In this document: positions 6,407 through 16,638 of the stretch, in pieces | How positions within the stretch are numbered: the stretch's first letter is position 1 | Layout: the number at the start of each line of letters is the position of its first letter | From: Bdellovibrio sp. | GTDB taxonomy: Bacteria > Bdellovibrionota > Bdellovibrionia > Bdellovibrionales > Bdellovibrionaceae | Assembly (NCBI GenBank): GCA_046318155.1 | Contig: JBKCUU010000041.1 | Location: forward strand, 1-18,734 | Reading direction: 5' to 3' | DNA length: 18,734 bases | Notes under the pieces: model-generated | Databases searched by the model: none | What the model was told of the DNA's origin: nothing | The model's input: the letters and a program-made list of their open reading frames with translations, nothing else | Position numbers and translations under genes: made by a program

Positions 6407-9400
6407 ATGGCATTGACTCCGGTCACCGCTTCGAACCTGCGCGTTCGAAAGTCATTTGCAAAAAACAAACAAGTTATCGACATTCCCAATTTGATCGTGC
6501 TGCAAAAAAGTTCATACGAAGCTTTCTTGCAAAAAGATGTCGATTCCGATCGCCGTAACGAGGCGGGTTTACAGTCTGTCTTTAAGTCTGTATTTCCCAT
6601 TGCAGATTTCAACAATACAGCGAGCCTCGAGTTCGTGTCGTATTCACTTGAGCCCGCAAAATACGACGTCGATGAGTGCCGCCAGCGCGGGATGACTTTC
6701 GCAGCTCCCGTGAAGGTGACTCTGCGATTGATCGTGTTTGACGTTGATGAAGAGACCGAAGCACGCAGTATCCGTGACGTGAAAGAGCAAGAGGTTTACC
6801 TTGGTGAAATCCCTCTCATGACCGCCAACGGATCTTTCATCATCAACGGAACTGAGCGCGTTGTTGTGTCTCAGCTCCACCGATCTCCCGGTGTGTTCTT
6901 TGACCATGACCATGGTAAGAACAACGCCTCTGGAAAATTGATCTACAATGCCCGCGTGATTCCTTACCGTGGATCTTGGCTCGATTTCGAATTCGACCAA
7001 AAAGATTTGATCCATGTTCGGATCGATCGCCGGCGTAAATTCCCCGCAACGATTGTGCTCAAAGCTTTGGGTTACAACACTGATCAGTTGCTTGAGTTTT
7101 TCTATGATCTTGATGAAGTGACGATCCGTGGCAGCAAATTGTTCCGTAAGCTCGATATCGAGCGTATGAGTGGACAGCGTGCTATCGTCGACATCTTCGA
7201 CCCCAAGACAGGCGAAGCGCTTGTTAAAGCGGGCCGTCGTATTACACGCGCGGTTGTTAAAAAAGTTCAGCAGCTGGGCCTGACTGAAATCGAAGTCACG
7301 CCCGAAGATTTGGCTGGCAAAGTTTTGGCGAAGCCTTTGATCGATGAGTCGACGGGAGAGATCATTGCTGATTCAAACATGGAGCTCGAAAAAAGCTTCG
7401 TAATGAAGGCGATGGCAGCGGGTATCGACAAGTTCTACCTCATTTTCTTTGATGGTCTGACTGTGGGTCCCTTTCTGCGCAACACTTTGCTTGTTGATAA
7501 GGTCACCAGCAAAGAAGAAGCGCTGCTTAAAATCTATCAACACTTGAGGCCCGGAGAGCCACCGACGCTCGAAGCCGCAACGACGTTCTTCCACCGTTTG
7601 TTCTTTGATCCCGAGACCTATGACCTCTCTGAAGTTGGTCGTATCAAGATCAATCACAAATTCAATATTCCGATGGAAGAGTGCCCGCCTGAGCACCGCA
7701 CTTTGACGAATAAAGACATCTTGTCGACTGTTAAACATTTGATCGACCTCAAAAACGGCCGCGGTGTTGTGGATGATATCGATCATCTCGGAAACCGCCG
7801 CGTTCGTTCAGTTGGTGAGTTGCTCGAGAATCAATACCGTATCGGTTTGGTTCGGATGGAGCGCGCGATCCGCGAGCGCATGAGCTTGCAAGATGTCGAA
7901 ACGATGATGCCTCACGATCTCGTGAACGCAAAACCCGTCAACGCGGTCGTTAAGGAATTCTTCGGTTCTTCGCAATTGTCTCAGTTCATGGATCAAACGA
8001 ATCCACTTTCTGAAATTACGCACAAACGACGATTGTCGGCTCTTGGGCCCGGCGGTTTGACTCGTGACCGCGCTGGTTTCGAAGTGCGCGACGTTCATCC
8101 TACGCACTACGGGCGTATTTGCCCGATCGAGACTCCAGAGGGACCAAACATCGGTTTGATCGCCTCACTGGCAACTTACGCCCGCATCAACAACTACGGT
8201 TTCATTGAGACTCCGTACCGCAAAGTTGATGAGGGCCGCATTCACTCAAAAATCACGTACATGTCGGCTCTCGAAGAGGCCGGTCAAGTCATCGCTCCCG
8301 CGACACGTGATTCAGGTTCCACTGAAGTGGCTTATGCTTCAACGGTTTGCCGCCGCGACGGTGAGTACGAAGTGACCGAGAAGAATAAAATCAACTTGAT
8401 GGACGTTTCTCCCTCACAGTTGGTTTCGATTGCTGCCTCTTTGATTCCGTTCCTTGAGCACGATGATGCCAACCGAGCCCTCATGGGATCGAATATGCAA
8501 CGTCAAGCCGTTCCACTCTTGCGTTCGCGCGCGCCACTCGTAGGAACTGGCGTTGAGCACTTGGTGGCACGTGACTCTGGGACGTCGGTCGTCGCGACCA
8601 ACGAGGGTGTCGTCGAAGAAGTCGATGCGGGCCGTGTCGTTGTTCGTCGTTTAGCGAAGGGCGGAGAGCTCGGCGCCAACGTCGATATCTACAACTTAAC
8701 AAAATATCAACGAACCAATCAAAACACCTGCTTCAATCAAAAGCCGATCGTTCAGGTCGGCGACCGTGTGAAGCGTGGTGATATCATCGCCGATGGTCCT
8801 TCGACCGAACTTGGTGAGTTGGCCCTTGGTCAGAACGTGCTCGTCGCGTTTACGCCTTGGATGGGTTACAACTTCGAAGATTCGATCTTGATCAGCGAGC
8901 GCTTGATTAAAGAAGACGTTTACACATCAATTCACATCGAGGAGTTCGAGTGCGTTGCTCGTGATACAAAACTCGGAAAAGAAGAGATCTCGCGTGATAT
9001 CGCCAACGTTGGTGAAGAAGCCCTCAAAGATCTCGACAGCTCAGGTATCATCCGTGTTGGTGCGGAAGTTAAGCCGGGTTGCATTTTGGTCGGTAAAGTG
9101 ACTCCTAAGGGCGAGACTCAGCTCTCTCCTGAAGAAAAACTTTTGCGCGCGATCTTCGGCGATAAAGCCGGCGACGTTCGTGATACCTCACTCCGCGCGC
9201 CTTCTGGCGTTTACGGAACGGTCATCGACGCTCAAGTTTACAGCCGTGAAGGTTCTGAGCGCGATGAGCGTTTGGCACAAATTATCGAAGAAAAACGACG
9301 CAAACTCGAAAAAGATTTGGCCGTCGAGCAGAACGTGATCCGCAATAATGCCCTCGAGAAGTTGAAAGACATCTTGATCGGCAAAAAAACGACGGGTGTT

Positions 9401-10627
9401 CTCTTGAATGAGGACGGAAGCCAAAAGCTTCTGAGTAAAGGTCAAGACATCAGCGGCGCAGAGCTCGAGTCCATTCCTTTCGAACTTTTGACGTACATCC
9501 CCCTCGAGCAAGAGCTGGAGTTCCAAGTGACTCGCATCTTGGACGGTTCTCGTAACCAGCTTGAAGCGGTTAAAATGGTCTTCAATGAGAAGATCGACCG
9601 TCTTAAAAAAGGTGATGAGCTTCCTCCTGGTGTTATTAAAATGGTTAAAGTTTACGTTGCGATTAAACGTAAATTGCAAGTCGGTGATAAGTTCGCCGGC
9701 CGCCACGGAAATAAGGGTGTCGTTTCTAAAGTCCTTCCTCTTGAAGATATGCCGTACCTTGCTGACGGAACTCCCGTTGACATGGTCCTCAATCCTCTCG
9801 GGGTTCCTTCGCGTATGAACATTGGGCAAATTCTCGAGGTTCATTTGGGCTGGGCTGCTCGTAACTTGGGCGTTCAGTTGGCTGAAGGTCTGCAAAAATG
9901 GAATATGGAACATTCGCGAAAGCATCTTAAAGACACTTTCGACGACGAAGAAATCAGCAAGAAAATCGATTCAGCGGACGAGGGTTCGCTGAAAAAGATG
10001 ATCACCACGATGAAGCACGGAATCCACGTTGGAACTCCTGTCTTTGACGGTGCTCGCGAAGCCGACGTGAAAGAACTTCTCAAGCGTTGCAACATGCCCA
10101 CCTCAGGACAGTCGATTTTGTTCGACGGGCGTACTGGTGAGCCCTTCAAGAATCCAGTGACGGTGGGAATCATGTACATGCTCAAACTGCATCACTTGGT
10201 TGAAGAGAAGATTCACGCTCGGTCGATTGGTCCTTACTCACTCGTTTCGCAGCAGCCTCTGGGTGGTAAAGCTCAGTTCGGTGGTCAGCGTCTCGGAGAG
10301 ATGGAAGTTTGGGCGATCGAGGCTTATGGAGCCGCTTACAGCTTGCAAGAGTTCCTGACCGTGAAGTCCGATGACGTCGCTGGAAGAACGCGCATGTATG
10401 AAAGCATCGTGAAAGGCGAAAATATCCTCGAACCGGGACTTCCTGAATCTTTCAACGTTCTTGTGAACGAGCTTAAAGCGCTCGCCCTCAACGTTGAACT
10501 CATGGAATCTGATATCCTGACCGACGACTCTGGTGATGATGGAATGCGGATGTTGGAAGAAGACATGCCAGCTCCCGCAGCAATCGGCATTGGAAGCAGC
10601 GAGCCAACAGGCGGTCAGGCGCACTAG
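6407..10627 (+). CDS. rpoB: DNA-directed RNA polymerase subunit beta
   Basis: 1406 aa; [29 protein letters not shown] (wild-type RRDR), [21 protein letters not shown] and [12 protein letters not shown] motifs; SD AAGGAG. Confidence 0.99.
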   Translation: MALTPVTASNLRVRKSFAKNKQVIDIPNLIVLQKSSYEAFLQKDVDSDRRNEAGLQSVFKSVFPIADFNNTASLEFVSYSLEPAKYDVDECRQRGMTFAAPVKVTLRLIVFDVDEETEARSIRDVKEQEVYLGEIPLMTANGSFIINGTERVVVSQLHRSPGVFFDHDHGKNNASGKLIYNARVIPYRGSWLDFEFDQKDLIHVRIDRRRKFPATIVLKALGYNTDQLLEFFYDLDEVTIRGSKLFRKLDIERMSGQRAIVDIFDPKTGEALVKAGRRITRAVVKKVQQLGLTEIEVTPEDLAGKVLAKPLIDESTGEIIADSNMELEKSFVMKAMAAGIDKFYLIFFDGLTVGPFLRNTLLVDKVTSKEEALLKIYQHLRPGEPPTLEAATTFFHRLFFDPETYDLSEVGRIKINHKFNIPMEECPPEHRTLTNKDILSTVKHLIDLKNGRGVVDDIDHLGNRRVRSVGELLENQYRIGLVRMERAIRERMSLQDVETMMPHDLVNAKPVNAVVKEFFGSSQLSQFMDQTNPLSEITHKRRLSALGPGGLTRDRAGFEVRDVHPTHYGRICPIETPEGPNIGLIASLATYARINNYGFIETPYRKVDEGRIHSKITYMSALEEAGQVIAPATRDSGSTEVAYASTVCRRDGEYEVTEKNKINLMDVSPSQLVSIAASLIPFLEHDDANRALMGSNMQRQAVPLLRSRAPLVGTGVEHLVARDSGTSVVATNEGVVEEVDAGRVVVRRLAKGGELGANVDIYNLTKYQRTNQNTCFNQKPIVQVGDRVKRGDIIADGPSTELGELALGQNVLVAFTPWMGYNFEDSILISERLIKEDVYTSIHIEEFECVARDTKLGKEEISRDIANVGEEALKDLDSSGIIRVGAEVKPGCILVGKVTPKGETQLSPEEKLLRAIFGDKAGDVRDTSLRAPSGVYGTVIDAQVYSREGSERDERLAQIIEEKRRKLEKDLAVEQNVIRNNALEKLKDILIGKKTTGVLLNEDGSQKLLSKGQDISGAELESIPFELLTYIPLEQELEFQVTRILDGSRNQLEAVKMVFNEKIDRLKKGDELPPGVIKMVKVYVAIKRKLQVGDKFAGRHGNKGVVSKVLPLEDMPYLADGTPVDMVLNPLGVPSRMNIGQILEVHLGWAARNLGVQLAEGLQKWNMEHSRKHLKDTFDDEEISKKIDSADEGSLKKMITTMKHGIHVGTPVFDGAREADVKELLKRCNMPTSGQSILFDGRTGEPFKNPVTVGIMYMLKLHHLVEEKIHARSIGPYSLVSQQPLGGKAQFGGQRLGEMEVWAIEAYGAAYSLQEFLTVKSDDVAGRTRMYESIVKGENILEPGLPESFNVLVNELKALALNVELMESDILTDDSGDDGMRMLEEDMPAPAAIGIGSSEPTGGQAH

Positions 10628-10714
10628 GTGAATTCGGCCCCAAAGAGCCGGTCATCTAAGGACCTGATCTGATACGGGAAGTGTGATTTTTAAATTTAAA
10701 ACAAGGAGAGACCC

Positions 10715-13700
10715 TTGAGAGACCTGTTAAACTTTTTCGATAAGCCTAAAGATCCACTGTCGTTTGACGCTGTACGAGTGTCACTGGCATCTCCGGAGAT
10801 GATCCGAGAGTGGTCTTACGGTGAAGTAAAAAAGCCCGAAACCATCAATTACCGAACGTTTAAACCCGAACGCGACGGTTTGTTCTGCGCCAAAATTTTT
10901 GGTCCAATCAAGGATTACGAATGCTTGTGCGGTAAGTACAAACGCATGAAGTATCGCGGTGTAGTCTGCGAAAAGTGCGGCGTCGAAGTGACTCAGTCCA
11001 AAGTGCGCCGCGAACGCATGGGGCACATCGAGCTCGCGACTCCCGTTGCTCACATCTGGTTCTTGCGATCATTGCCCTCGCGTATCGGAAACTTGCTCAA
11101 TCTTTCTTTGAAAGAAGTTGAGAAAGTTCTGTATTGCGAAGCCTACATCGTCATCGATCCGATGGAGACCGCTTTGCTTGAAGGGCAAGTTCTCAGCGAA
11201 GAAGCTTACCAAACAGCTCTCAATGAATACGGTCCGAACTTCAAAGCCGGTATGGGCGGTGAAGCCGTTCGTGATTTGATGCGCAAAGTAGATCCTGAGT
11301 ACTTGTCTCGCAAGCTCCGCGTTGAGCTCAAAGAGACCAAGTCTGAGGCTCAAATAAAAAAAATCTCGAAACGTTTGAAAGTTGTCGAGGCTTTCAAAAA
11401 CTCGATCAACAAGCCTGACTGGATGATGCTCGAGGCGCTGCCTGTTCTTCCTCCAGACTTGCGTCCTCTCGTTCCACTCGATGGTGGACGTTTCGCGACG
11501 TCAGATCTGAATGATCTGTACCGACGCGTTATCAACCGTAATAACCGGTTGAAGCGCCTTCAAGAGCTCAACGCTCCTGACATCATCATTCGCAATGAAA
11601 AGCGCATGCTTCAAGAAGCAACGGATGCTCTTCTTGATAACGGACGCCGTGGTAAAACTTTTACCGGTCCCAACAAGCGCCCCTTGCGTTCATTGAGCGA
11701 CATGCTCAAAGGTAAACACGGTCGTTTCCGTCAGAATCTTCTCGGTAAACGGGTCGATTACTCGGGCCGTTCGGTTATCGTTGTTGGTCCTACCTTGAAA
11801 TTGCACCAGTGCGGTCTTCCCAAAAAGATGGCCCTCGAGTTGTTTAAGCCCTTCGTTTACAACAAACTTGAAGAGCGTGGTTTGGCCACGACGATCAAGC
11901 AAGCCAAGCGCTTGGTTGATCAAGAGACTGTCGAGGTCTGGGACATCTTGGCTGACGTTGTTAAGGAGCACCCCGTTCTCTTGAATCGAGCGCCCACACT
12001 TCACCGACTTGGAATCCAGGCTTTCGAGCCCGTTCTTCACGAAGGTAAAGCCATCCAATTGCACCCTCTCGTTTGTACGGCGTTCAACGCGGACTTCGAT
12101 GGTGACCAAATGGCCGTCCACGTTCCTCTTTCGATCGAAGCTCAGGTTGAGGCCCGCGTCTTGATGATGTCGACAAACAACATTTTGTCGCCTGCCAATG
12201 GTAAACCAATCATCAATCCTTCACAGGATATCGTGCTTGGTCTTTACTGGTTGACTCGGATCCGACCCGGCGCCAGAGGCACCGGCAAGGCCTTCTCGTC
12301 GATTCAAGAGGCTCTTTACGCTTACGAAACAGGGAGCGTCGACCTTCAAGCGGCTTGTAAAGTGCGCCTGAACGGAAAAGTCCGCGAGACTTCAGTTGGA
12401 CGCGCGATCTTGAGCGACGTGGTTCCCCAAGAAGTGCCTTTCGAAGAAGTGAACGTCATCTTGACCAAAAAACAAATCGCCACTTTGATCGATAAGACGT
12501 TCCGTCTTGCCGGTGCAAAGGCGACCTGTATCTTGGCCGATAAACTTATGGAGCTTGGTTTCAAATACTCAACAGGTGCCGGTCTGTCGATTTGTATCGA
12601 CGACATGGTGATCCCCGAATCAAAAGTTCCTTCAATCCTCGATGCTGAAAAGCAAGTCGGCGAGATTCAAACTCAGTACGACGAAGGTTTGATCACGGAC
12701 GGTGAGCGTTACAATAAGGTCGTGGACATCTGGGCACAGACAGCTGACAAAATCTCGAAAGAGATGATGACCAAGATCGAAAAACAAAAGTTCGTCATCG
12801 ATGGCAAAGAATCCATCGGACCTTCTTTCAATCCGATCTTCATCATGGCGGACTCGGGAGCGCGCGGTTCTGCGGCTCAGCTTCGTCAGTTGGGTGCGAT
12901 GCGCGGTCTGATGGCAAAGCCATCGGGTGAAATCATCGAAACTCCAATCACAGCCAACTTCCGTGAAGGTCTCACGGTCATTCAATACTTCATCTCGACT
13001 CACGGAGCGCGTAAAGGTTTGGCCGATACCGCTCTGAAAACTGCCAACTCGGGTTACTTGACTCGACGGTTGGTGGACGTGGCTCAAGACGTGATCGTTT
13101 CTGAACACGACTGCGGCACAAAAGATGGTCTTGAAGTGACGCCTTTGTACGACTCAGGAGAAATTATTCAGCCCTTAGGTGAGCGGATCTTGGGCCGTAC
13201 CGTTCGGCAGGACGTGATTGACCCCACGAACAATTCTGTGATCGTGCGCCAGAACGAGGAGATCACCGAAAACCAAATGAAGAAAATCGATGAGCTGGGG
13301 ATCGAAAAAGTTTACATCCGCTCTGCGCTGACCTGCCAAGCTAAACGTGGCGTTTGCATGAAGTGCTACGGACGTGATTTGGCTCGTGGTAACACGGTCA
13401 ACTTGGGTGAGGCTGTCGGTATCATCGCTGCTCAGTCGATCGGTGAGCCTGGAACTCAGCTTACAATGCGTACCTTCCACTTGGGTGGAGCGGCTTCGCG
13501 TGCTGTTGAGCAATCTGTTCACACATCTCGTTATGACGGAACTCTGAAGCTTTCAAATGTTCACGCGGTACCAAACCGCGCGGGCAAACTCACCGTCATG
13601 AATCGTAACGGCGAAGCCATCGTTGTTGATGAAACAGGCCGTGAGCGCGAACACTTCAAGCTGGTTTACGGTGCGGTTTTGAACTTCAAAGAAGGTCAAA

Positions 13701-14842
13701 AGGTATCGAAAGGCGCGACTGTAGCTGAATGGGATCCTTACGCCAATCCGATCATCTCCGAAGTGACTGGTAAAATTCAGTTCCAGGACGTTGAAGAGGG
13801 CGTGACGATGGCCGAGCAGGTCGATGCCGTGACTGGTTTCGCGACCAAAGTCATCATCGAGTCAAAATCATCAGACATCAAACCCGCGGTTTACGTTGCG
13901 GATGAATCTGGTAAGCACATTATTCTTCCTGGTCGGGACATCCCCGCTCGTTACTTGGTTCCCGTTGGCGCTCAGCTTCTTGTGACAGATGGTGCGGATG
14001 TTCACTCTGGTGACATCATTGCTAAGCTTCACCGAGAAACTTCGAAAACCCGCGATATCACGGGTGGTCTTCCTCGCGTTGCCGAGCTTTTCGAAGCTCG
14101 CAAACCTAAAGAGGCAGCCATCATCTCAGAGATCGATGGATATGTGACTTTCGGTAAAGACGTTAAAGGTAAACAGCGTGTGATCGTGACTCCAGAAGTC
14201 GGCGAACAAAAAGAGTACCTGATCCCCAAAGGTAAGCACGTCGCTGTTCGAGAAGGTGAGTACGTTAAAGCCGGCGAGGCTTTGATGGATGGACCAACGA
14301 ACCCGCATGACGTTCTTGCGGTTTTGGGCGACAAAGCGTTGTCAGCTTATCTCGTGAACGAAATCCAAGAGGTTTATCGCCTGCAAGGTGTGGGAATCAA
14401 TGATAAGCACATCGAGGTCATCGTTCGCCAGATGCTGCGCAAAGTTCAAGTCAACGATCCCGGCGATACTCGCTTTTTAGCGGGCGAACACGTCGAGAAA
14501 GTTACTTTTGAGTTTGAAAATGAGCGCGTGACTAAAGAAGGCGGACAAATCGCGACGAGCGAGCCTCTCCTCTTGGGTATCACGAAAGTCTCTCTAAGCA
14601 CCGAGTCATGGATTTCTGCGGCCTCTTTCCAAGAGACCACAAAAGTTCTGACCGAAGCTGCGATCAACTCAAAAACAGATCACTTGCGCGGTCTCAAAGA
14701 GAACATCATCATGGGTCGCTTGATCCCTGCTGGTACCGGCTTAACAGCCTACAAACGCTGGAAAGTCTCTCTCGTTGAGGATGAAGAGGTGCCCGTGGCG
14801 ACTTTGCCAGGTTTCGGTGGAGCACCCACGAACCCTGTCTAA
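10715..14842 (+). CDS. rpoC: DNA-directed RNA polymerase subunit beta'
   Basis: 1375 aa with TTG start and AAGGAG SD; N-terminal Zn-binding cysteines, catalytic NADFDGD, and a proteobacterial-type insert between TMRTFH and DITGGLPRV. Confidence 0.99.
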   Translation: MRDLLNFFDKPKDPLSFDAVRVSLASPEMIREWSYGEVKKPETINYRTFKPERDGLFCAKIFGPIKDYECLCGKYKRMKYRGVVCEKCGVEVTQSKVRRERMGHIELATPVAHIWFLRSLPSRIGNLLNLSLKEVEKVLYCEAYIVIDPMETALLEGQVLSEEAYQTALNEYGPNFKAGMGGEAVRDLMRKVDPEYLSRKLRVELKETKSEAQIKKISKRLKVVEAFKNSINKPDWMMLEALPVLPPDLRPLVPLDGGRFATSDLNDLYRRVINRNNRLKRLQELNAPDIIIRNEKRMLQEATDALLDNGRRGKTFTGPNKRPLRSLSDMLKGKHGRFRQNLLGKRVDYSGRSVIVVGPTLKLHQCGLPKKMALELFKPFVYNKLEERGLATTIKQAKRLVDQETVEVWDILADVVKEHPVLLNRAPTLHRLGIQAFEPVLHEGKAIQLHPLVCTAFNADFDGDQMAVHVPLSIEAQVEARVLMMSTNNILSPANGKPIINPSQDIVLGLYWLTRIRPGARGTGKAFSSIQEALYAYETGSVDLQAACKVRLNGKVRETSVGRAILSDVVPQEVPFEEVNVILTKKQIATLIDKTFRLAGAKATCILADKLMELGFKYSTGAGLSICIDDMVIPESKVPSILDAEKQVGEIQTQYDEGLITDGERYNKVVDIWAQTADKISKEMMTKIEKQKFVIDGKESIGPSFNPIFIMADSGARGSAAQLRQLGAMRGLMAKPSGEIIETPITANFREGLTVIQYFISTHGARKGLADTALKTANSGYLTRRLVDVAQDVIVSEHDCGTKDGLEVTPLYDSGEIIQPLGERILGRTVRQDVIDPTNNSVIVRQNEEITENQMKKIDELGIEKVYIRSALTCQAKRGVCMKCYGRDLARGNTVNLGEAVGIIAAQSIGEPGTQLTMRTFHLGGAASRAVEQSVHTSRYDGTLKLSNVHAVPNRAGKLTVMNRNGEAIVVDETGREREHFKLVYGAVLNFKEGQKVSKGATVAEWDPYANPIISEVTGKIQFQDVEEGVTMAEQVDAVTGFATKVIIESKSSDIKPAVYVADESGKHIILPGRDIPARYLVPVGAQLLVTDGADVHSGDIIAKLHRETSKTRDITGGLPRVAELFEARKPKEAAIISEIDGYVTFGKDVKGKQRVIVTPEVGEQKEYLIPKGKHVAVREGEYVKAGEALMDGPTNPHDVLAVLGDKALSAYLVNEIQEVYRLQGVGINDKHIEVIVRQMLRKVQVNDPGDTRFLAGEHVEKVTFEFENERVTKEGGQIATSEPLLLGITKVSLSTESWISAASFQETTKVLTEAAINSKTDHLRGLKENIIMGRLIPAGTGLTAYKRWKVSLVEDEEVPVATLPGFGGAPTNPV

Positions 14843-14871
14843 GCCTCTGGCTACAGTTTAAAGTTCCAACT

Positions 14872-14908
14872 GACCCCCGTGATGAAAATCCCGGGGGTTC
14901 GTTTTTTT
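14872..14908 (+). terminator. Rho-independent terminator after rpoC
   Basis: acccccg(14873-14879)...cgggggt(14892-14898) stem with inner gat-gaaa-atc, followed by T7 (14902-14908). Confidence 0.85.
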
Positions 14909-14930
14909 CAAGAGCAGGCCGCGGTCAGGC

Positions 14931-15066
14931 CTATTTATTGGGAAATCCCCTCCGGGGCTTTCCGTAATCAAAGATGGCCGTTCGTGCTTCGCCCATCCTG
15001 GGCTCTATTTATTGCGAAATCCGCTTCGCGGCTTTCCATAATCAAAGATGACCTCTCGTGCTCCGC
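14931..15066. repeat. Imperfect tandem direct repeat, 2 x 62 bp with 74 bp period and internal hairpins
   Basis: 14931-14992 vs 15005-15066 are 53/62 identical; inner hairpins are cccc-tcc-gggg and ccgc-ttc-gcgg; the junction contains gccc-atcct-gggc. Confidence 0.9.
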
Positions 15067-15143
15067 GCCCCTCAAGTCGCTTTGGTGGGTCTTATTGACT
15101 AACGCATAAATAAAGGCGCATTGGTTTTGTCCTCGCTGGCTAC

Positions 15144-15220
15144 AAAATGGCGCACAGAGAAAAAGCTCCTCGACGTGGCTTTAGCCACGCCTCCGGGACT
15201 TTTTCTCTGTGCGCCATTTT
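15144..15220. repeat. Perfect 22 bp inverted repeat with nested hairpin (REP/MITE-like)
   Basis: aaaatggcgcacagagaaaaag (15144-15165) / ctttttctctgtgcgccatttt (15199-15220), with inner cgtggct-tt-agccacg. Confidence 0.88.
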
Positions 15221-15237
15221 TCGCGCAACAATTCCAT

Positions 15238-15307
15238 CGCCCACTGCTCCTTTGGTCACGAAAAGCCCCTAGGGAGCTTTTCCAAATAATTAATGGAGTG
15301 GTGGGCG
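15238..15307 (+). repeat. Long imperfect stem-loop
   Basis: cgcccactgctcc / ggagtggtgggcg (13 bp with 2 G-U pairs on the + strand) encloses tttg/caaa and gaaaagc...gcttttc. Confidence 0.65.
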
Positions 15308-15362
15308 CCTGGTCTGCATCGGCAAAGAGGGGCTTCAGCTACAAAAAAATGCCGTAAATCTC

Positions 15363-15391
15363 TTGACCGGCAGGCTCTCGCACCCTATTTT
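15363..15391 (+). promoter_or_regulatory. Putative sigma70 promoter of rpsL-rpsG
   Basis: TTGACC (15363-15368) - 17 nt - TATTTT (15386-15391), preceded by an A-rich tract and ~115 nt upstream of rpsL. Confidence 0.6.
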
Positions 15392-15505
15392 CGTCCTTCC
15401 GTTTGGAGTCCAGACGGTGATTGAGTAATCGAGGGAGCAATCCCCCGGTGAAGATTCGGATAGCGGCGTATGACCGTGGTCCTACAGGCATCACAAGGAG
15501 CAATA

Positions 15506-15880
15506 ATGCCAACGATTAATCAGCTCATTAAAAAAGAGCGAGTGGTTCAAAAGAACCAAACTAAGTCACCCGCGTTGGAAGGCTGCCCTCAGAGACGAGG
15601 CGTCTGCACACGCGTTTACACGACAACTCCAAAGAAACCGAATTCGGCACTTCGTAAAGTCGCCAAAGTTCGTCTATCAAATGGTTTTGAAGTGATCTCT
15701 TACATCCCTGGCATCGGCCACAACCTCCAAGAACATAGCGTTGTTCTGATTCGCGGAGGCCGGGTTAAAGATCTTCCCGGCGTTCGTTACCATATCGTTC
15801 GTGGAGTTTTGGATTTGCAAGGTGTTAACGGACGTTTGCGTGCTCGTTCTAAATACGGCGCGAAACGACCTAAAAAATAA
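15506..15880 (+). CDS. rpsL: 30S ribosomal protein S12
   Basis: MPTINQL...[21 protein letters not shown]...[16 protein letters not shown] 15506 after AAGGAG; 124 aa. Confidence 0.99.
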   Translation: MPTINQLIKKERVVQKNQTKSPALEGCPQRRGVCTRVYTTTPKKPNSALRKVAKVRLSNGFEVISYIPGIGHNLQEHSVVLIRGGRVKDLPGVRYHIVRGVLDLQGVNGRLRARSKYGAKRPKK

Positions 15881-15882
15881 AG

Positions 15883-15930
15883 TCACACCAAAGGTGTGAA
15901 AATAAGCTCACACCAAAGGTGTGAAAATAA
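15883..15930. repeat. Exact 23 bp direct repeat x2, each copy containing a palindrome
   Basis: tcacaccaaaggtgtgaaaataa at 15883-15905 and 15908-15930; each contains tcacacc-aaa-ggtgtga. Confidence 0.95.
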
Positions 15931-15939
15931 AGGTGAAAT

Positions 15940-16413
15940 ATGTCTCGTCGTTCAAGAACTTTTAAAAGAGAAGTCCTTCCCGATCCCGTCCACAAAGACG
16001 TGGTCATCACTAAATTCATCAACAAAATGATGGTTAACGGAAAGAAAGCCGTGGCTCAGAAAATGTTCTACGGAGCACTTGAAGAGATTAAAGGCAAAGT
16101 TCCTAATGAAGAGCCGATTGCCGTATTCCGCAAAGCGCTCGAAAATTGCAAACCTTCACTTGAAGTCCGTTCACGCCGCGTCGGTGGAGCGACTTACCAA
16201 GTTCCCGTTGATGTTCGCCCTTCACGCCGCCTAGCTTTGGCAATGCGTTGGCTGGTTGCTTACTCACGTGACCGTGGTGAGAAAGATTTCTCAAAACGGT
16301 TGGCGGCTGAGATCATGGACGCGTTCAACAATCGTGGTAACGCGATCAAAAAACGTGAAGATGTTCACAAAATGGCCGAAGCCAACAAAGCCTTCTCTCA
16401 CTACAACTGGTGA
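15940..16413 (+). CDS. rpsG: 30S ribosomal protein S7
   Basis: [18 protein letters not shown] and [13 protein letters not shown] motifs; SD AAGGTG. Confidence 0.99.
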   Translation: MSRRSRTFKREVLPDPVHKDVVITKFINKMMVNGKKAVAQKMFYGALEEIKGKVPNEEPIAVFRKALENCKPSLEVRSRRVGGATYQVPVDVRPSRRLALAMRWLVAYSRDRGEKDFSKRLAAEIMDAFNNRGNAIKKREDVHKMAEANKAFSHYNW

Positions 16414-16482
16414 TTATTCTCCCAAACTCGGGACCGCCCCGATGGGGTGGTTAGAACTGTCGATCCACTCCATGCGGATCGT

Positions 16483-16514
16483 CTCAAAAAGCTGCTTCAG
16501 GGCAGCTTTTTGAG
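16483..16514. terminator. Bidirectional rho-independent terminator between rpsG and fusA
   Basis: ctcaaaaagctgc-ttcagg-gcagctttttgag, a perfect 13 bp inverted repeat including A5/T5. Confidence 0.8.
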
Positions 16515-16545
16515 TTTCTGGGGCTGCCCGTTGTGGCCTACAGTT

Positions 16546-16576
16546 TTGACAAGTCAGCAAAATGAGTTCACATTCT
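16546..16576 (+). promoter_or_regulatory. Candidate dedicated fusA promoter
   Basis: TTGACA at 16546-16551; -10 candidates CACATT (17 nt spacer) or CATTCT (19 nt spacer); lies downstream of the terminator. Confidence 0.45.
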
Positions 16577-16638
16577 CATCTTAGATTCGATCACAGGAGC
16601 CGCCAGGTGCGGCCTTCAACGCAGGTGGATTTTTAACC

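Noticed and set aside
7960..8060. Rifampicin-resistance (rpoB RRDR) and streptomycin-resistance (rpsL K43/K88) alleles
   Set aside because: The RRDR Q, D, H and S positions and the S12 PKKPNS and RVKD lysines are all wild type.
10688..10701. AT-only palindrome ttttaaatttaaaa and similar T/A tracts before rplK and rplL
   Set aside because: Low complexity; explained by ordinary AU-rich translation-initiation regions.
14931..15066. CRISPR-like interpretation of the 74 bp-period repeat (and of the 23 bp repeat at 15883-15930)
   Set aside because: Only two units, no unique spacer of CRISPR length (12 nt and 2 nt gaps), and no cas genes in the window.
14879..15357. Small ORFs 14879-15109 and 15121-15357
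   Set aside because: They run through a terminator and palindromic repeats and have no convincing SD or protein-like features.
15895..15912. CRP-like site TGTGA-N8-TCACA
   Set aside because: Spacing is 8 rather than the canonical 6, it lies within an operon, and it is a by-product of the duplicated palindrome.
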